Assembly (NCBI GenBank): GCA_013286205.1
Contig: JABDGD010000003.1
Location: forward strand, 16,558 to 80,557
DNA: 64,000 nt
From: Candidatus Firestoneibacteriota bacterium
GTDB lineage: Bacteria; Oederibacteriota; Muellerivitia; Muellerivitales; Muellerivitaceae
Direction: 5' to 3'
A program made the translations under genes and the position numbers. The notes below the pieces were generated by a model. That model was not told where the DNA came from, did not search any database, and saw only the letters and a list, made by a program, of their open reading frames with translations. Below, in pieces: positions 1-10,505 of this stretch (position 1 is its first letter; each line of letters opens with the position of its first letter).

Positions 1-36
1 ACGTATCCCGTTGTTTCAATCATCCCTGGAGGATTT

Positions 37-831
37 ATGTTTAAAACGATTTTGAAAGTGGTGGGTGTGTTGGCCGCTTTGTTTGTGCTGACCATCGGTT
101 TATTGATTGGTTATATTTTCGGCCTTAATCAAAAACCCCGCTCCGGCCCGGCTTTGGGCCACGGTATTGAGCAAATCGCGGACAGTATCGCTACGACTTA
201 TTATTTTGAGGTCGGCGGCGGCAAAGTGGTTTTGATTGACGCGGGTAACGACCCCACGGGCGCGCCAATCCTGGCGGCTTTGAAAAGCCACGGCAAAACC
301 GCGGATGACGTGGAAGCCATCTTTATTACTCATGCCCATCCGGATCATGACGCGGCAGTAAATGTGTTTAAAAAAGCCAAAGTTTACGCCATGAAAGACG
401 AGGCCTATGTGGCCGATGGCGAACAGGCTTATGGCAGCCCCCTGTCCGGCTTAATGGGCAAGTTTAATCCCCATCCTTTTAAAGTGACCAATCCTTTGAA
501 AGACCAGGAAACAGTCAATGTGGATGGATTGAACATAACGGCTTATGAAGTGTCGGGCCACACGCCCGGCAGCGCGGTTTATCTGGCGGACGGCGTGTTG
601 TTTTTGGGCGACGCGGCCAGCATTGGCAGCAATCAGAAAATACGCGGGCCGGTTTATCTTTTTAGCACCAACGCGGCTCAAGGTATCGCGTCTTTAGGCG
701 CCTTGCTCAAAAAGCTTGAACCCCGTTTTCACGAGGTGGAGTTTATTACCTCGTCTCACAGCGGCACCTTGCCGGGCCCCCAGGGCTTGAGCGCGCTGGC
801 CGACTATGTCAAAGAACATTCCGCAAACTAG
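37..831 (+). CDS. MBL-fold metallo-hydrolase, N-terminally membrane-anchored
   Basis: The 264-aa ORF carries the metallo-beta-lactamase-fold motif 'ITHAHPDHD' (HxHxDH), with a downstream His/Asp ('SGHTPG', 'LGDAA'). A hydrophobic N-terminus (VVGVLAALFVLTIGLLIGYIFG) suggests a TM anchor. Confidence 0.8.
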   Translation: MFKTILKVVGVLAALFVLTIGLLIGYIFGLNQKPRSGPALGHGIEQIADSIATTYYFEVGGGKVVLIDAGNDPTGAPILAALKSHGKTADDVEAIFITHAHPDHDAAVNVFKKAKVYAMKDEAYVADGEQAYGSPLSGLMGKFNPHPFKVTNPLKDQETVNVDGLNITAYEVSGHTPGSAVYLADGVLFLGDAASIGSNQKIRGPVYLFSTNAAQGIASLGALLKKLEPRFHEVEFITSSHSGTLPGPQGLSALADYVKEHSAN

Positions 832-854
832 CTTCAAAAGCAATTATTGTTCTA

Positions 855-890
855 AAAAGCGGTCAGGAAACCCTGGCCGCTTTTTTATTT
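855..890 (+). terminator. Rho-independent terminator after the MBL hydrolase gene
   Basis: Hairpin gcggtcagg-aaaccc-cctggccgc followed by a TTTTTTATTTT run. Confidence 0.5.
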
Positions 891-894
891 TGAT

Positions 895-1704
895 ATGATG
901 ACGCCTATGAAAAACATCATTCTTCTTTTATTCCTCGTCTGGGCAGCCCCGCTTTGGGCGGGGGATGAAATCATGGCCCGTGCGGAAAGTACCGCTTATC
1001 CCCGCGCCTGGCTCAACCTGGACGCGCTGCTTGATAACGGCAATATTCGCGTCAATGTCAGCGGGCCTTTTTCCCATGGCGCTCTGATTTACAATCGCAC
1101 CACTTCTGAAATGATTCTGGTGGATGATCTGCACAAGATGATATTTCCTTTAGAACCCAGCGTTCAAACTGGCCTCAAAATGATGGGTTATATGTTTTCG
1201 TCCAGACTCAAAGGGGAAGCCAAAGGAGCAATGCCCAGCATCAAACTGGCTTATGAGGTGATTCAGCAAAACGCCAGGGCTTTGTTTAATGGTAGCGGGA
1301 CTTTGCAAAAAAAGAACGATCATATGAATGGCTATGTTTGTGATCTGTATGAGGCGCAGGCCGGCGCGGGGGAAAAACGCCAGGTTTGGATGACCTCGCT
1401 GGCTTCTACGGGTATCGATCCTGATAATCACCAAACTATTTGGAGTTTGACTCAGCGCCTGGTCGACATTTTCGGTTATGAGCTGGGCGAATTGGGCGCG
1501 GATACGAATTCTTTAATAAAAAATTATTCCGCTTCGCAGTTTCCCATTCATGTTGGGCTTTTTACCCAGGGCAAATTGGTAAGCCGGTTCAAAGTCATTC
1601 AAATCAATCATCCGCATCTTGGGCCTGATGTTTTTAACCCGCCCGTCGGTTATCAGATGGTGAGCTTGATCGATTTGATTCAAACAGGGATAAAAGGTAA
1701 GTAG
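895..1704 (+). CDS. Secreted hypothetical protein (signal peptide)
   Basis: The 269-aa ORF has an N-terminal signal peptide (MKNIILLLFLVWAAPLWAG). I recognise no catalytic motif. The true start may be the internal ATG at 907. Confidence 0.5.
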   Translation: MMTPMKNIILLLFLVWAAPLWAGDEIMARAESTAYPRAWLNLDALLDNGNIRVNVSGPFSHGALIYNRTTSEMILVDDLHKMIFPLEPSVQTGLKMMGYMFSSRLKGEAKGAMPSIKLAYEVIQQNARALFNGSGTLQKKNDHMNGYVCDLYEAQAGAGEKRQVWMTSLASTGIDPDNHQTIWSLTQRLVDIFGYELGELGADTNSLIKNYSASQFPIHVGLFTQGKLVSRFKVIQINHPHLGPDVFNPPVGYQMVSLIDLIQTGIKGK

Positions 1705-1869
1705 CCTGCTGGTCTTGGATGGCATGATTTCAATTGGAAGAGTTAGTTTAAAATTTTTTTCTTAAAAGATGCTCGTTTTGATGACTGCTTTCTCCGCTGA
1801 AATTAAAATTCGCTCTAACTCGTTGGTTTTGTTTTTTCCCTAAATTAACAAATTGTTTTCACAATTAGT

Positions 1870-3159
1870 TTGTCTGCCATGATGGACCCCCTTTATCCTT
1901 TGACTGTTGCCGTGCGGTTCAAAACATTCAAAGGACTCATTATGGCCAAAAAGAAAAAGCCGAGCGCCGTTCCTTCCTCTAAAACTTCCACTACTTATGT
2001 CAAACGCACCACGCATGAGCCCCGTCCTGTGGGCCATAACGGTAAAAATTGGGTGCCGACCAAAACTCACGCGGCACCTAACCGCAACACACAATTTCAA
2101 GAATTGCCGCCGCTTCCTTCAGGTAGTTTACATTTAGACTTAGCCGCGGTTCTGCCGCCTTCTCAAATGAGCGCGATCAAAAAAGCGGGCAAATTGGTGT
2201 TTCACTTGACGGGCGACGTCGGCGGTATTTTGGATCCCAATCCCCAGCAGATCGTGGCGGATCATATGGAAGCCGATATTGTGAACTCGGAGGCGGATTC
2301 CAAGCCCGCCTTTATGTACATTGTGGGTGATGTGGTTTATTTTGACGGCCAAAGCCCGCAGTATTTTCCTCAGTTTTATCAACCCTACGAACATTATCCA
2401 GCTCCCATCTTCGCTATTCCAGGCAACCATGACGGCGAGGTAGACCCGGCGGACGCTACTGTGCCCACGCTGGAAGCCTTCATGAAAAATTTTTGCGCCA
2501 TCACGCCGGTCATCACCTCCGACGCGGGTGAATCTCACCGGGAAGCCATGACCCAACCCTATTGCTACTGGACGCTGGATACGCCTTTTGCCACGCTGGT
2601 GGGTATTTACACCAATGTGCCCGAAGGCGGGGAAGTGGAAGACAGCCAAGTTCAATGGCTGATTAACGAATTGAAAACAGCCTCCAAAGATAAGGCGCTC
2701 ATTTTCAGCCTTCACCATCCGCTCTTTTCGCTCGATCAGTTTCACGCGGGTAGTTTGAAAATGCTGACTATGGTTAACGGCGCTTTTGCCAAGGCTGACC
2801 GCATCCCCGATATTATTTTCGCGGGCCATGTGCACAACTATCAGCGTTTTACGTGGCTCAATAACGGCCAGCAGGTTCCCCAACTGGTAGTGGGCAATTG
2901 CGGTTATCACAATCTGCATGCCATGGCGAAAGACAAGAACACCGGCAATAAACCGTCAGAACCAGAGGTAGTGAGTTCTTCTTTGACGCTGGAGTCTTAT
3001 GTGGACGACCGCCACGGCTTTTTGCGGCTGGAAGTGGATAGCAGCACCATTACGGGGAAGGTTTACTCCGTCCCCAAACCCAGCGAAGACCGTACTGGCG
3101 CGGCGAACCTGGAAGATAAGTTTGTTTTGAACTATAAGACGGGCAAATACAGTGTTTAA
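1870..3159 (+). CDS. Calcineurin-like metallophosphoesterase (purple-acid-phosphatase-like)
   Basis: Phosphoesterase motifs 'GDVVYFDG' (GDxxY), 'GNHD' and 'GHVHNYQR' (GHxH). The start may be the ATG at 1942 (MAKKKK...), which has an AAGGA SD 7 nt upstream. Confidence 0.75.
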   Translation: MSAMMDPLYPLTVAVRFKTFKGLIMAKKKKPSAVPSSKTSTTYVKRTTHEPRPVGHNGKNWVPTKTHAAPNRNTQFQELPPLPSGSLHLDLAAVLPPSQMSAIKKAGKLVFHLTGDVGGILDPNPQQIVADHMEADIVNSEADSKPAFMYIVGDVVYFDGQSPQYFPQFYQPYEHYPAPIFAIPGNHDGEVDPADATVPTLEAFMKNFCAITPVITSDAGESHREAMTQPYCYWTLDTPFATLVGIYTNVPEGGEVEDSQVQWLINELKTASKDKALIFSLHHPLFSLDQFHAGSLKMLTMVNGAFAKADRIPDIIFAGHVHNYQRFTWLNNGQQVPQLVVGNCGYHNLHAMAKDKNTGNKPSEPEVVSSSLTLESYVDDRHGFLRLEVDSSTITGKVYSVPKPSEDRTGAANLEDKFVLNYKTGKYSV

Positions 3160-3277
3160 GTAAAACGACCTACTCCAGCGAATCGGGTTAAACATTCGTA
3201 GGATTAGGCAAGGGAATGGCCGCCTCTATTTCTATCATTCAACCATAGCCGTAAGGTGGTTGAACTGACAAAGGTGA

Positions 3278-4285
<1,008 letters not shown>

Positions 4286-4311
4286 TACTTAGAGAAAAAA
4301 AGGAGACAGTT

Positions 4312-5148
4312 ATGAAAAATCAAAAGGTTTGGTTCGTTACAGGAGCTGGTCGTGGAATGGGGATTGATATCGCGAAGGCCGCTTTGGCTGCGGGTCACGC
4401 GGTGGTTGCTACGGGTCGTAACCCGAACGATGTGGAAAAGGCTGTGGGCAAGACGGACAACCTGCTAGTGGTAAAGTTGGACATCACTCAACTTGCAGAC
4501 GCGGAGGCGGCCGCGAAGGCGGCTGTCGATCGATTTGGCCGAATTGACGTGTTGGTCAACAACGCGGGCAACTTCTATGCGGGTTACTTTGAAGAACTTT
4601 CGCCGGAAGAAATGTTAAACCAAATCACCACGAATCTGATCGGCCCGATGAATGTCACCCGGGCTATTTTGCCAGTGATGCGTAAGCAGCGTTCGGGCCA
4701 CATTATTACGATATCTTCAACCGCCGGTCTGTCTGGTTTTGAATTGGGTTCGGCCTACTCCGCTTCGAAATTCGGCCTGGAGGGCTGGATGGAATCACTG
4801 CAGGCGGAAATCGAGCCATTCGGCATCAAAACAACCATTGTGAATCCAGGCTTTTTTCGGACAGATCTACTTTCCGCCAAATCGACCAGCTACGCTTCGC
4901 ACTTTATTGAGGATTATAAAGCGCGTCGAGAAGAATTATTTGGATGGTGGCAGACTCAAGCTGGGAAACAGACGAATGACCCTCTTAAACTGGCTGACGC
5001 TCTGATCAAAATTGCCAGCGAGGCGAATCCGCCCCGGCGTTTTATGGCAGGTGCCGATGCGGTCGCTACCGCAAAGCAAAAGTCCGCTGATCTATTAGCG
5101 CAAAGTGAAGCCTACTTGGAACTTTCGTCATCCATGGCACACTCTTAA
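4312..5148 (+). CDS. Short-chain dehydrogenase/reductase (SDR) family oxidoreductase
   Basis: Rossmann motif 'VTGAGRGMGIDIA', 'NNAG', and catalytic 'YSASKFGLEG' (YxxxK). The start was moved to the ATG at 4312, which has an AAGGAG SD. Confidence 0.8.
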   Translation: MKNQKVWFVTGAGRGMGIDIAKAALAAGHAVVATGRNPNDVEKAVGKTDNLLVVKLDITQLADAEAAAKAAVDRFGRIDVLVNNAGNFYAGYFEELSPEEMLNQITTNLIGPMNVTRAILPVMRKQRSGHIITISSTAGLSGFELGSAYSASKFGLEGWMESLQAEIEPFGIKTTIVNPGFFRTDLLSAKSTSYASHFIEDYKARREELFGWWQTQAGKQTNDPLKLADALIKIASEANPPRRFMAGADAVATAKQKSADLLAQSEAYLELSSSMAHS

Positions 5149-5163
5149 CAAAGGAGAACCAGT

Positions 5164-5808
5164 ATGAAAATTGGAATTTTGGGTTCAGGGTTGATGGGTG
5201 GAAAACTGGGCACACTCTTCGCGAAAGCGGGACATGAAGTGATTTTCAGTTACGCCAAGACTACCGGAAAGCTGGAAAGGCTCGCGAAGGAAGCGGGGAA
5301 CAAGGCGAAAGCCGGAACCCCCGCCGAAGCCGCGCAGGGAGCGGATGTTCTTTTGCTGGCCGTGCATTGGTCCAAGACTGAGGATGTTTTGAAGAAGGCG
5401 GGTAATTTGTCAGGCAAAGTCATCATCACTTGCTCACTGCCCATGGACGTCCCGAACAGCAAGTTAGTTCTGGGTCTTACTACTTCGGGTGCGGAAGAAC
5501 TAGCGAAGATGGCTCCCAAAGCCAAAGTGGTTTCCGCTTTTAACACGGTTCCCAGTGAAGTGTTCTTCGGCGTTTTTGGCGCTCGTAAGAAAGCTGATAA
5601 GCCTAGTCTTGTCTATTGCGCGGATGACGCGGGGGCCAAGAAAACTGCCGCTAAGCTGATTGCAGACGTTGGGTTTGAACCTGTGGACCTTGGCGGACTC
5701 AAAAATGCCCGCTATACAGAGCCTTTAGCTTTGCTGATGGCCGAGATTGCTTATGGCGGGAAAAAGGGACCGGAAATGGCTTACCAGTTTAAGTGGTTTA
5801 AAAATTAA
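5164..5808 (+). CDS. NADP-binding oxidoreductase (F420-dependent NADP reductase / P5C-reductase-like)
   Basis: N-terminal dinucleotide-binding 'MKIGILGSGLMGGKLGTLFAKAGHEV'. The length of about 214 aa is typical of NpdG-like proteins. Confidence 0.6.
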   Translation: MKIGILGSGLMGGKLGTLFAKAGHEVIFSYAKTTGKLERLAKEAGNKAKAGTPAEAAQGADVLLLAVHWSKTEDVLKKAGNLSGKVIITCSLPMDVPNSKLVLGLTTSGAEELAKMAPKAKVVSAFNTVPSEVFFGVFGARKKADKPSLVYCADDAGAKKTAAKLIADVGFEPVDLGGLKNARYTEPLALLMAEIAYGGKKGPEMAYQFKWFKN

Positions 5809-5818
5809 GGAGGGCAGC

Positions 5819-6148
5819 ATGAACCAAGAACCTTCAGGGGTTAAAAAAATGTTCGGTGACTTAGCGCCGAAGCTGGTGGATTTGACCGACAACGTACTCT
5901 TTGGGGATGTGTGGGAAAGAAAAGAACTATCCAAACGGGATCGCAGTCTGGTGACGGTATCGGCTTTGGTGGCTTTGAACCGCACCGAACAACTGGGGCA
6001 TCATTTAGGGCGGGCACTGGACAATGGGGTTAAAAAAGAAGAATTGATTGAGGTTATTACGCATCTTGCCTTTTACTCGGGTTGGCCCTGTGCGATGAGC
6101 GCTATTACCATCGCGAAGGATGTGTTTTCGAAGAGAGAGGTCTCATGA
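5819..6148 (+). CDS. Carboxymuconolactone decarboxylase family protein (AhpD-like)
   Basis: CMD-domain pattern 'DRSLVTVSALVALNRTEQLGHHLGRALDNGVKKEELIEVITHLAFYSGWP'. The start was set at ATG 5819 with a perfect AAGGAGG SD, avoiding overlap with the upstream gene. Confidence 0.7.
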   Translation: MNQEPSGVKKMFGDLAPKLVDLTDNVLFGDVWERKELSKRDRSLVTVSALVALNRTEQLGHHLGRALDNGVKKEELIEVITHLAFYSGWPCAMSAITIAKDVFSKREVS

Positions 6149-6208
6149 GGTGGTTGAAAAGCGGAGGCCGTGGGGCGAAACTATCCGGGAAATGAAAGGT
6201 AATAAAAA

Positions 6209-7162
6209 TTGAAAACAACCTCTAAAAAAACTCAGCTACCGGCTATTGATTCAGAGGTTGATCTGGCACGATTGACTTCTCTGATTAAGAATTACTCACC
6301 TTACGACGGCAGTTTTGAGCAGAAAATCCCAGGAGTGCACACCATCCGCCGGTCCAAAATCAACGGCGAGTTGGTGCATGGTCTAGCGATTGCGGGTCTA
6401 TGTGTTGTGGCGCAGGGTTCTAAGAACGTGTTGTTGGGCCGGGAAGTTTTTAACTACGACGCCTCTAAGATGGTGGTTTATTCGGTAGATATGCCGCTGG
6501 CTTCCCAGGTGATGAAAGCCAGCCACGCTGAGCCCTTTCTCTGCGTGCGGATTGACCTGAACCCGCAAAAGATCGCGGAATTGACCTTAAAGGTTTATCC
6601 CCATGGCATCCCTCCGGTTCGTGAGAACCGTGCGGTTTATGTGGGCCGCTCTGACGCTAAAATTACCAGCGCAGCTATTCGCTTATTGGAATTACTCTCG
6701 CGCCCCGAAGAGGCCGAATTGCTCAGCCCGCTGATCATCGATGAAATTCTTATTCGCCTGCTTCGCAGCCCGCTGGGCTCCAGAGTGGCCCAAATGGGTC
6801 TGAAAAACTCAGGCCTTAATGGGGTTTCTAAATCGGTGGCCTGGTTACGCGGTAACTTTACCCACCCGGTCAAAATGGAACACTTGGCCAAGCTGGCCAA
6901 TATGAGCGCCTCAACCTTCCACAGTCATTTCAAGGCGGTCACCGCCATGAGTCCGTTACAGTTCCAAAAGGTTCTACGCCTTCAAGAGGCACGGCGCTTG
7001 ATGCTCTCTGCCATGATGGATGCGGGCATCGCCAGCCGTCAGGTGGGTTATGTAAGCGCCTCCCAGTTCAGCAGGGAATATGGACGGTTTTTTGGGGAAG
7101 CGCCGACGCAGGATATCGCCAAACTGCGTGAACAAATCTCTCCTGTCAGCGAGCTGGTTTAA
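6209..7162 (+). CDS. AraC-family transcriptional regulator
   Basis: C-terminal AraC HTH ('HLAKLANMSASTFHSHFKAVTAMSPLQFQKVLRLQEARRLM', 'ASRQVGYVSASQFSREYGRFFGEAP') with an N-terminal ligand-binding region. TTG start with a GAAAGG SD. Confidence 0.8.
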   Translation: MKTTSKKTQLPAIDSEVDLARLTSLIKNYSPYDGSFEQKIPGVHTIRRSKINGELVHGLAIAGLCVVAQGSKNVLLGREVFNYDASKMVVYSVDMPLASQVMKASHAEPFLCVRIDLNPQKIAELTLKVYPHGIPPVRENRAVYVGRSDAKITSAAIRLLELLSRPEEAELLSPLIIDEILIRLLRSPLGSRVAQMGLKNSGLNGVSKSVAWLRGNFTHPVKMEHLAKLANMSASTFHSHFKAVTAMSPLQFQKVLRLQEARRLMLSAMMDAGIASRQVGYVSASQFSREYGRFFGEAPTQDIAKLREQISPVSELV

Positions 7163-7175
7163 AAAAAGGATATTC

Positions 7176-8030
7176 ATGTCTGAACACCAAACCATAGCGC
7201 CCGAAAGCACCGCCTTGCGTGTCGCTTTATGGCGGGCCATCCATGTTCAATTTGACCCTTTGCCTCATGTGTTGGAAGACGAGATTGGTTTAAAACTGGC
7301 GGCACCTGACGAGGGTTGGCGTGAGCGCTCTGACATGAATCCGCAATGGACCAGTCGCTTCCGCGCTTCCATTCTGGCCCGTGCCCGCTTCATTGAAGAT
7401 TTGGTTTTAGAAAAGGCCGGTCAGGGATTGGGGCAGTACGTTATTTTGGGCGCGGGACTGGACACCTTCGCTCAGCGCCATCTGGAAATGGTTTCGAATT
7501 TAAAAATATTTGAGGTTGATACGCCCGGGCCCCAGACCTGGAAGCGTCAGCGCTTGGTTGAACTGGGCTATGGCATTCCGGATAGGTTAAAGTTTGTGCC
7601 TGTCGATTTTGAGGCAGGCGCTTCCTGGTTGGACCAGGTCAAGAGCGCGGGCTTCAACGCGGGCCAAAGCGTAGTGGTATCTTCCACCGGCGTTAGCATG
7701 TATCTGACCAAGGAAGCCATTATGGCCACGCTGCGCCAGATGGCGCGGCTGGCTCCGGGTTCTACTTTCGCTATGACCTATATTTTGCCCATTGAATTAG
7801 TCGGCGATGAGGAACGGATTGGGTATGAGATGGCGATTAAGGGAGCGAAAGCCAGCGGTACACCTTTTATCAGTTTCTTCACGCCTGCGGAAATAGTGGC
7901 CATGGCCAAAGAGGCAGGCTTTAAAGAAGTAAAAACCGTTTCGGGAGCCGATCTAACTCAGCGTTACTTCGCTGGCCGAACTGACAACCTTCGTCCCGGC
8001 TCTGAAGAACTGCTGGTCGCGACTACCTAA
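7176..8030 (+). CDS. Class I SAM-dependent methyltransferase (LCM / TIGR00027-like O-methyltransferase family)
   Basis: Motif 'VILGAGLDTFAQR' plus 'FEVD' and 'VVVSSTGVSMYL', characteristic of the putative SAM-dependent MTase family. The start was chosen at ATG 7176 (AAAGGA SD) rather than the overlapping ORF-track start at 7080. Confidence 0.75.
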   Translation: MSEHQTIAPESTALRVALWRAIHVQFDPLPHVLEDEIGLKLAAPDEGWRERSDMNPQWTSRFRASILARARFIEDLVLEKAGQGLGQYVILGAGLDTFAQRHLEMVSNLKIFEVDTPGPQTWKRQRLVELGYGIPDRLKFVPVDFEAGASWLDQVKSAGFNAGQSVVVSSTGVSMYLTKEAIMATLRQMARLAPGSTFAMTYILPIELVGDEERIGYEMAIKGAKASGTPFISFFTPAEIVAMAKEAGFKEVKTVSGADLTQRYFAGRTDNLRPGSEELLVATT

Positions 8031-8053
8031 CGTCGAAATTCTAAATTAAAAAT

Positions 8054-8395
8054 CTACCGGTTCGGAGTAGGTGTGGGTTTACCGAAGGGAAACTTCTGCT
8101 GGGACCGCCAATCGTGTTTGACGGGCTTGGGCCTGGGGGTTGGTTTGGGTTTGGGGGTCTTGATGGGTTTGGGGGTCTTGATGGGTTTGGGATTGGCTCT
8201 TTTAGAAACCATGGGGTTTTTAACTACAGGCACTATCGTAGCCGTGGCGGTGGGTAAGGCCGCGATGGGGGGTATCGTCGCAATGGGTTCCATCGGCGGC
8301 CCGGGCGGGTTTTGATATAGGGTGAAGTAGTACATCACGGAACAAATGGCGATCAGAGAAATCAATCCGGCCAGGATGATCTTTGCGATGCTCAT
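8054..8395 (-). CDS. Membrane-anchored Pro/Lys-repeat protein
   Basis: N-terminal TM helix (IILAGLISLIAICSVMYYF), then a proline-rich tract with 'PKPIKTPKPIKTPKPKPTPRPKP' repeats. The ORF on the opposite strand (8073..8315) is a Gly/Leu artefact of this repeat. Confidence 0.45.
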   Translation of the reverse strand: MSIAKIILAGLISLIAICSVMYYFTLYQNPPGPPMEPIATIPPIAALPTATATIVPVVKNPMVSKRANPKPIKTPKPIKTPKPKPTPRPKPVKHDWRSQQKFPFGKPTPTPNR

Positions 8396-8429
8396 CGGTG
8401 CGTTCCCTCAATCATCAAATTGGATATTT

Positions 8430-9095
8430 TTACGCGGTCAGTTCACAGATGAAGGGAATTCTCGGCGTTAGCGCGTAATTTAATTGAACCAACACAATAA
8501 AGCCGATGCTCCAGTAGGGATTAATCAAACAGAGCGAGGCGCCAATCGCGTAAAGAATTTGAGCCCGGATAATTCGCCGATTGACCGAATGAAAAGTTTC
8601 TTTTGTGACAGAAATTTTCAATAGCTCTTTTTTGCCCGCGTAATTCCAACTGGCCATGACTAACATCCCTAAAGCGAAAATGTTTCCCCAGTAAATCAGT
8701 AGAGCCAGACGGTAATCAATAAACTCGTTCAAGAGGCGGGTTGAAAAGGGAATAGCGGTGACGAAAGCCAGGAAGGTTAGTTGAATCCAGGCATAGCGCA
8801 GGTTGGAATGTTTTAAATGGTTGAGCTGGGTTTGCTGGCCCACCCAGTAGAGGCCCAGGGTTAAGACACTCATTAGCCAGGTAGTGACGTGAGGAAACAT
8901 GGTGTGGAGCGCCATGAAAAGATCCTGGTCGTTATGGATTGGGTCATGAGCTGGCAGGCGTATTTCCAACACCAACAGCGTCATCGCGAAGGCGAAGATG
9001 TTGTTGCTTAAAGACATCAGGCTATTAAGGCTTTGGCCTGCTATCTGGTTGTAGTGCTGTTGTAAAGCGTTCAGTCGGGGTGTTTTCATTTTCAA
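8430..9095 (-). CDS. DUF1211 / TMEM175-like membrane protein (putative K+ channel family)
   Basis: N-terminal signature 'NIFAFAMTLLVLEIRLP' resembles the TMEM175/DUF1211 'FSDGVFAIAITLLVLEI' helix-1 motif. Multiple TM segments. A paralog lies at 53703..54371. Confidence 0.6.
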   Translation of the reverse strand: MKMKTPRLNALQQHYNQIAGQSLNSLMSLSNNIFAFAMTLLVLEIRLPAHDPIHNDQDLFMALHTMFPHVTTWLMSVLTLGLYWVGQQTQLNHLKHSNLRYAWIQLTFLAFVTAIPFSTRLLNEFIDYRLALLIYWGNIFALGMLVMASWNYAGKKELLKISVTKETFHSVNRRIIRAQILYAIGASLCLINPYWSIGFIVLVQLNYALTPRIPFICELTA

Positions 9096-9184
9096 GAGGT
9101 TCCTCGGAATGGTTTGGACGGCGATTCCAAATATAACCTAACCGGATAAAGAAAACTTCAATTTAAGACAGCGCTCAACCGTGA

Positions 9185-9230
9185 AAATAAAAAAGGCGGC
9201 AACCCCAACAGCGATGGAGTGGCGCCAATC
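9185..9230 (-). terminator. Possible terminator downstream of the Pro/Thr-rich protein gene (minus strand)
   Basis: On the minus strand, an imperfect GC hairpin (ggcgcc...gccgcc) is followed by TTTTTTATTTT. Confidence 0.35.
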
Positions 9231-9242
9231 TTTTACCCTGGA

Positions 9243-10331
9243 TTACCAGCCGTTAGAGTTGCCCGACGAACTGAAATTGGTCGTCACACCCGGCACGCCA
9301 TTCGCCGGCGGCGGAGCGCTGGGCTGAAAGTGGTCGACCAGGCCGGGTGAAAGCGAAGAGGTCACATGCTGCGGCAGCGGCTGCGAGTGATTCACGGGCT
9401 GTACCGCCGGGGGTTGAGCGACCACATTCATCGCGCGGTCACTGCTGTCAGCTGGCGGAGCGTTGCCACTCGGCTGGGAGCCGGAACCGGTTTGGTTGGT
9501 CGCGGGATTTTTTCCGCTGCCGGCGCCTGCGGATGAGGGCGGCGGCACTGCTGAATCATTGGAGCTAATGGTGTTGAACATGGAAGAACCGGTGTCCGTA
9601 CCGTCAACCGAAGTTAAACCACTACCCTTCGACGGGGGCGGAGCCACGATGACGGGCGGGGGTGGAGCCGAGGTAAAGAGGCCTGGGCTGGATAGGGAGG
9701 GGAGGGGAGCAGCAGACGATTGAGTGACGGGGGCGAATGACGACGGGGCGGTGCCGGTTGTTGGTTTTGAGCTGGTGAGGTTAGAGGATGAATAAGGAAT
9801 GGACGCGGCTGGAGCAGTTCCGTTGGTAGTTGATAGTTGAACAGAACTTGCCACGGGGACCGATGGAGCACTCTGGCTCGCTGGCGGAGCGGAAGGGGCG
9901 CTGCTGGCTGGCGACTTGGGGGATGAAGAAAGGTTGGTGACGACTGATTTCGTGCCGTTAGAAGTTCCACTGGCGGTTGACGGCGAGGATGAAGTACTAG
10001 TAGTCGGGTTCGAGGCGGATGTGGTGCCGGTCGTCGTTGTCGCCGGTTTCTTGTTCTTGTGTGTTCCTGTGTTATGGGCGGTAGTTACCGGCTTCTTGTT
10101 CCCCGCTACAGAAGGATTGGTTGTCGTTGTGGACGGTTTCTTCTTGTGAGTTCCCGTGTTGTGGGCGGTGGTCACCGGTTTTTTGTTGGTGACAGGTTTG
10201 GGTTTGCCAGCGGTAGTATTGGGTAAAGTGTTTGGCTTTACAGGCGGCGCGACGACGGGCGGCGCGGCAAAGGACAGGGAGCTTGCGGTCCCGAGTGAAA
10301 CGGCGAATAAACTAATGATTAATTTCTTCAA
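9243..10331 (-). CDS. Secreted Pro/Thr/Ser-rich low-complexity (mucin-like) protein
   Basis: Signal peptide (MKKLIISLFAVSLGTASSLSFA) followed by 340 aa dominated by P/T/S/A, with a duplicated 'NKKPVTTAHNTGTHKKKP' unit. Confidence 0.55.
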   Translation of the reverse strand: MKKLIISLFAVSLGTASSLSFAAPPVVAPPVKPNTLPNTTAGKPKPVTNKKPVTTAHNTGTHKKKPSTTTTNPSVAGNKKPVTTAHNTGTHKNKKPATTTTGTTSASNPTTSTSSSPSTASGTSNGTKSVVTNLSSSPKSPASSAPSAPPASQSAPSVPVASSVQLSTTNGTAPAASIPYSSSNLTSSKPTTGTAPSSFAPVTQSSAAPLPSLSSPGLFTSAPPPPVIVAPPPSKGSGLTSVDGTDTGSSMFNTISSNDSAVPPPSSAGAGSGKNPATNQTGSGSQPSGNAPPADSSDRAMNVVAQPPAVQPVNHSQPLPQHVTSSLSPGLVDHFQPSAPPPANGVPGVTTNFSSSGNSNGW

Positions 10332-10505
10332 ATGAGCTCTCCTTGTTTTAACGACGGAGAACTATAGCGAATTGGGTTCGATCTGTAAAATGCTGCCAGA
10401 ACTTCTTTATATTAGGCGGAAAAACGAAGAAGCGTGGGAGCGGCCATTGGCGGGTTTCCTGCCGCCATTCAGCTAGCTGATGGGATTGGCGGCTGAGATT
10501 GATTT

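Noticed and set aside
2140-2919. 259-aa minus-strand ORF antisense to the metallophosphoesterase gene
   Set aside because: It has no recognisable motif and lies entirely within a well-supported + strand gene with clear catalytic motifs. It is a likely GC-rich frame artefact.
7080-7175. ORF-track start of the methyltransferase, overlapping 83 nt of the AraC gene
   Set aside because: The downstream ATG at 7176 has a good SD and removes the overlap. The extra N-terminal residues (MDGFLGKRRRRISPNC...) look like out-of-frame read-through.
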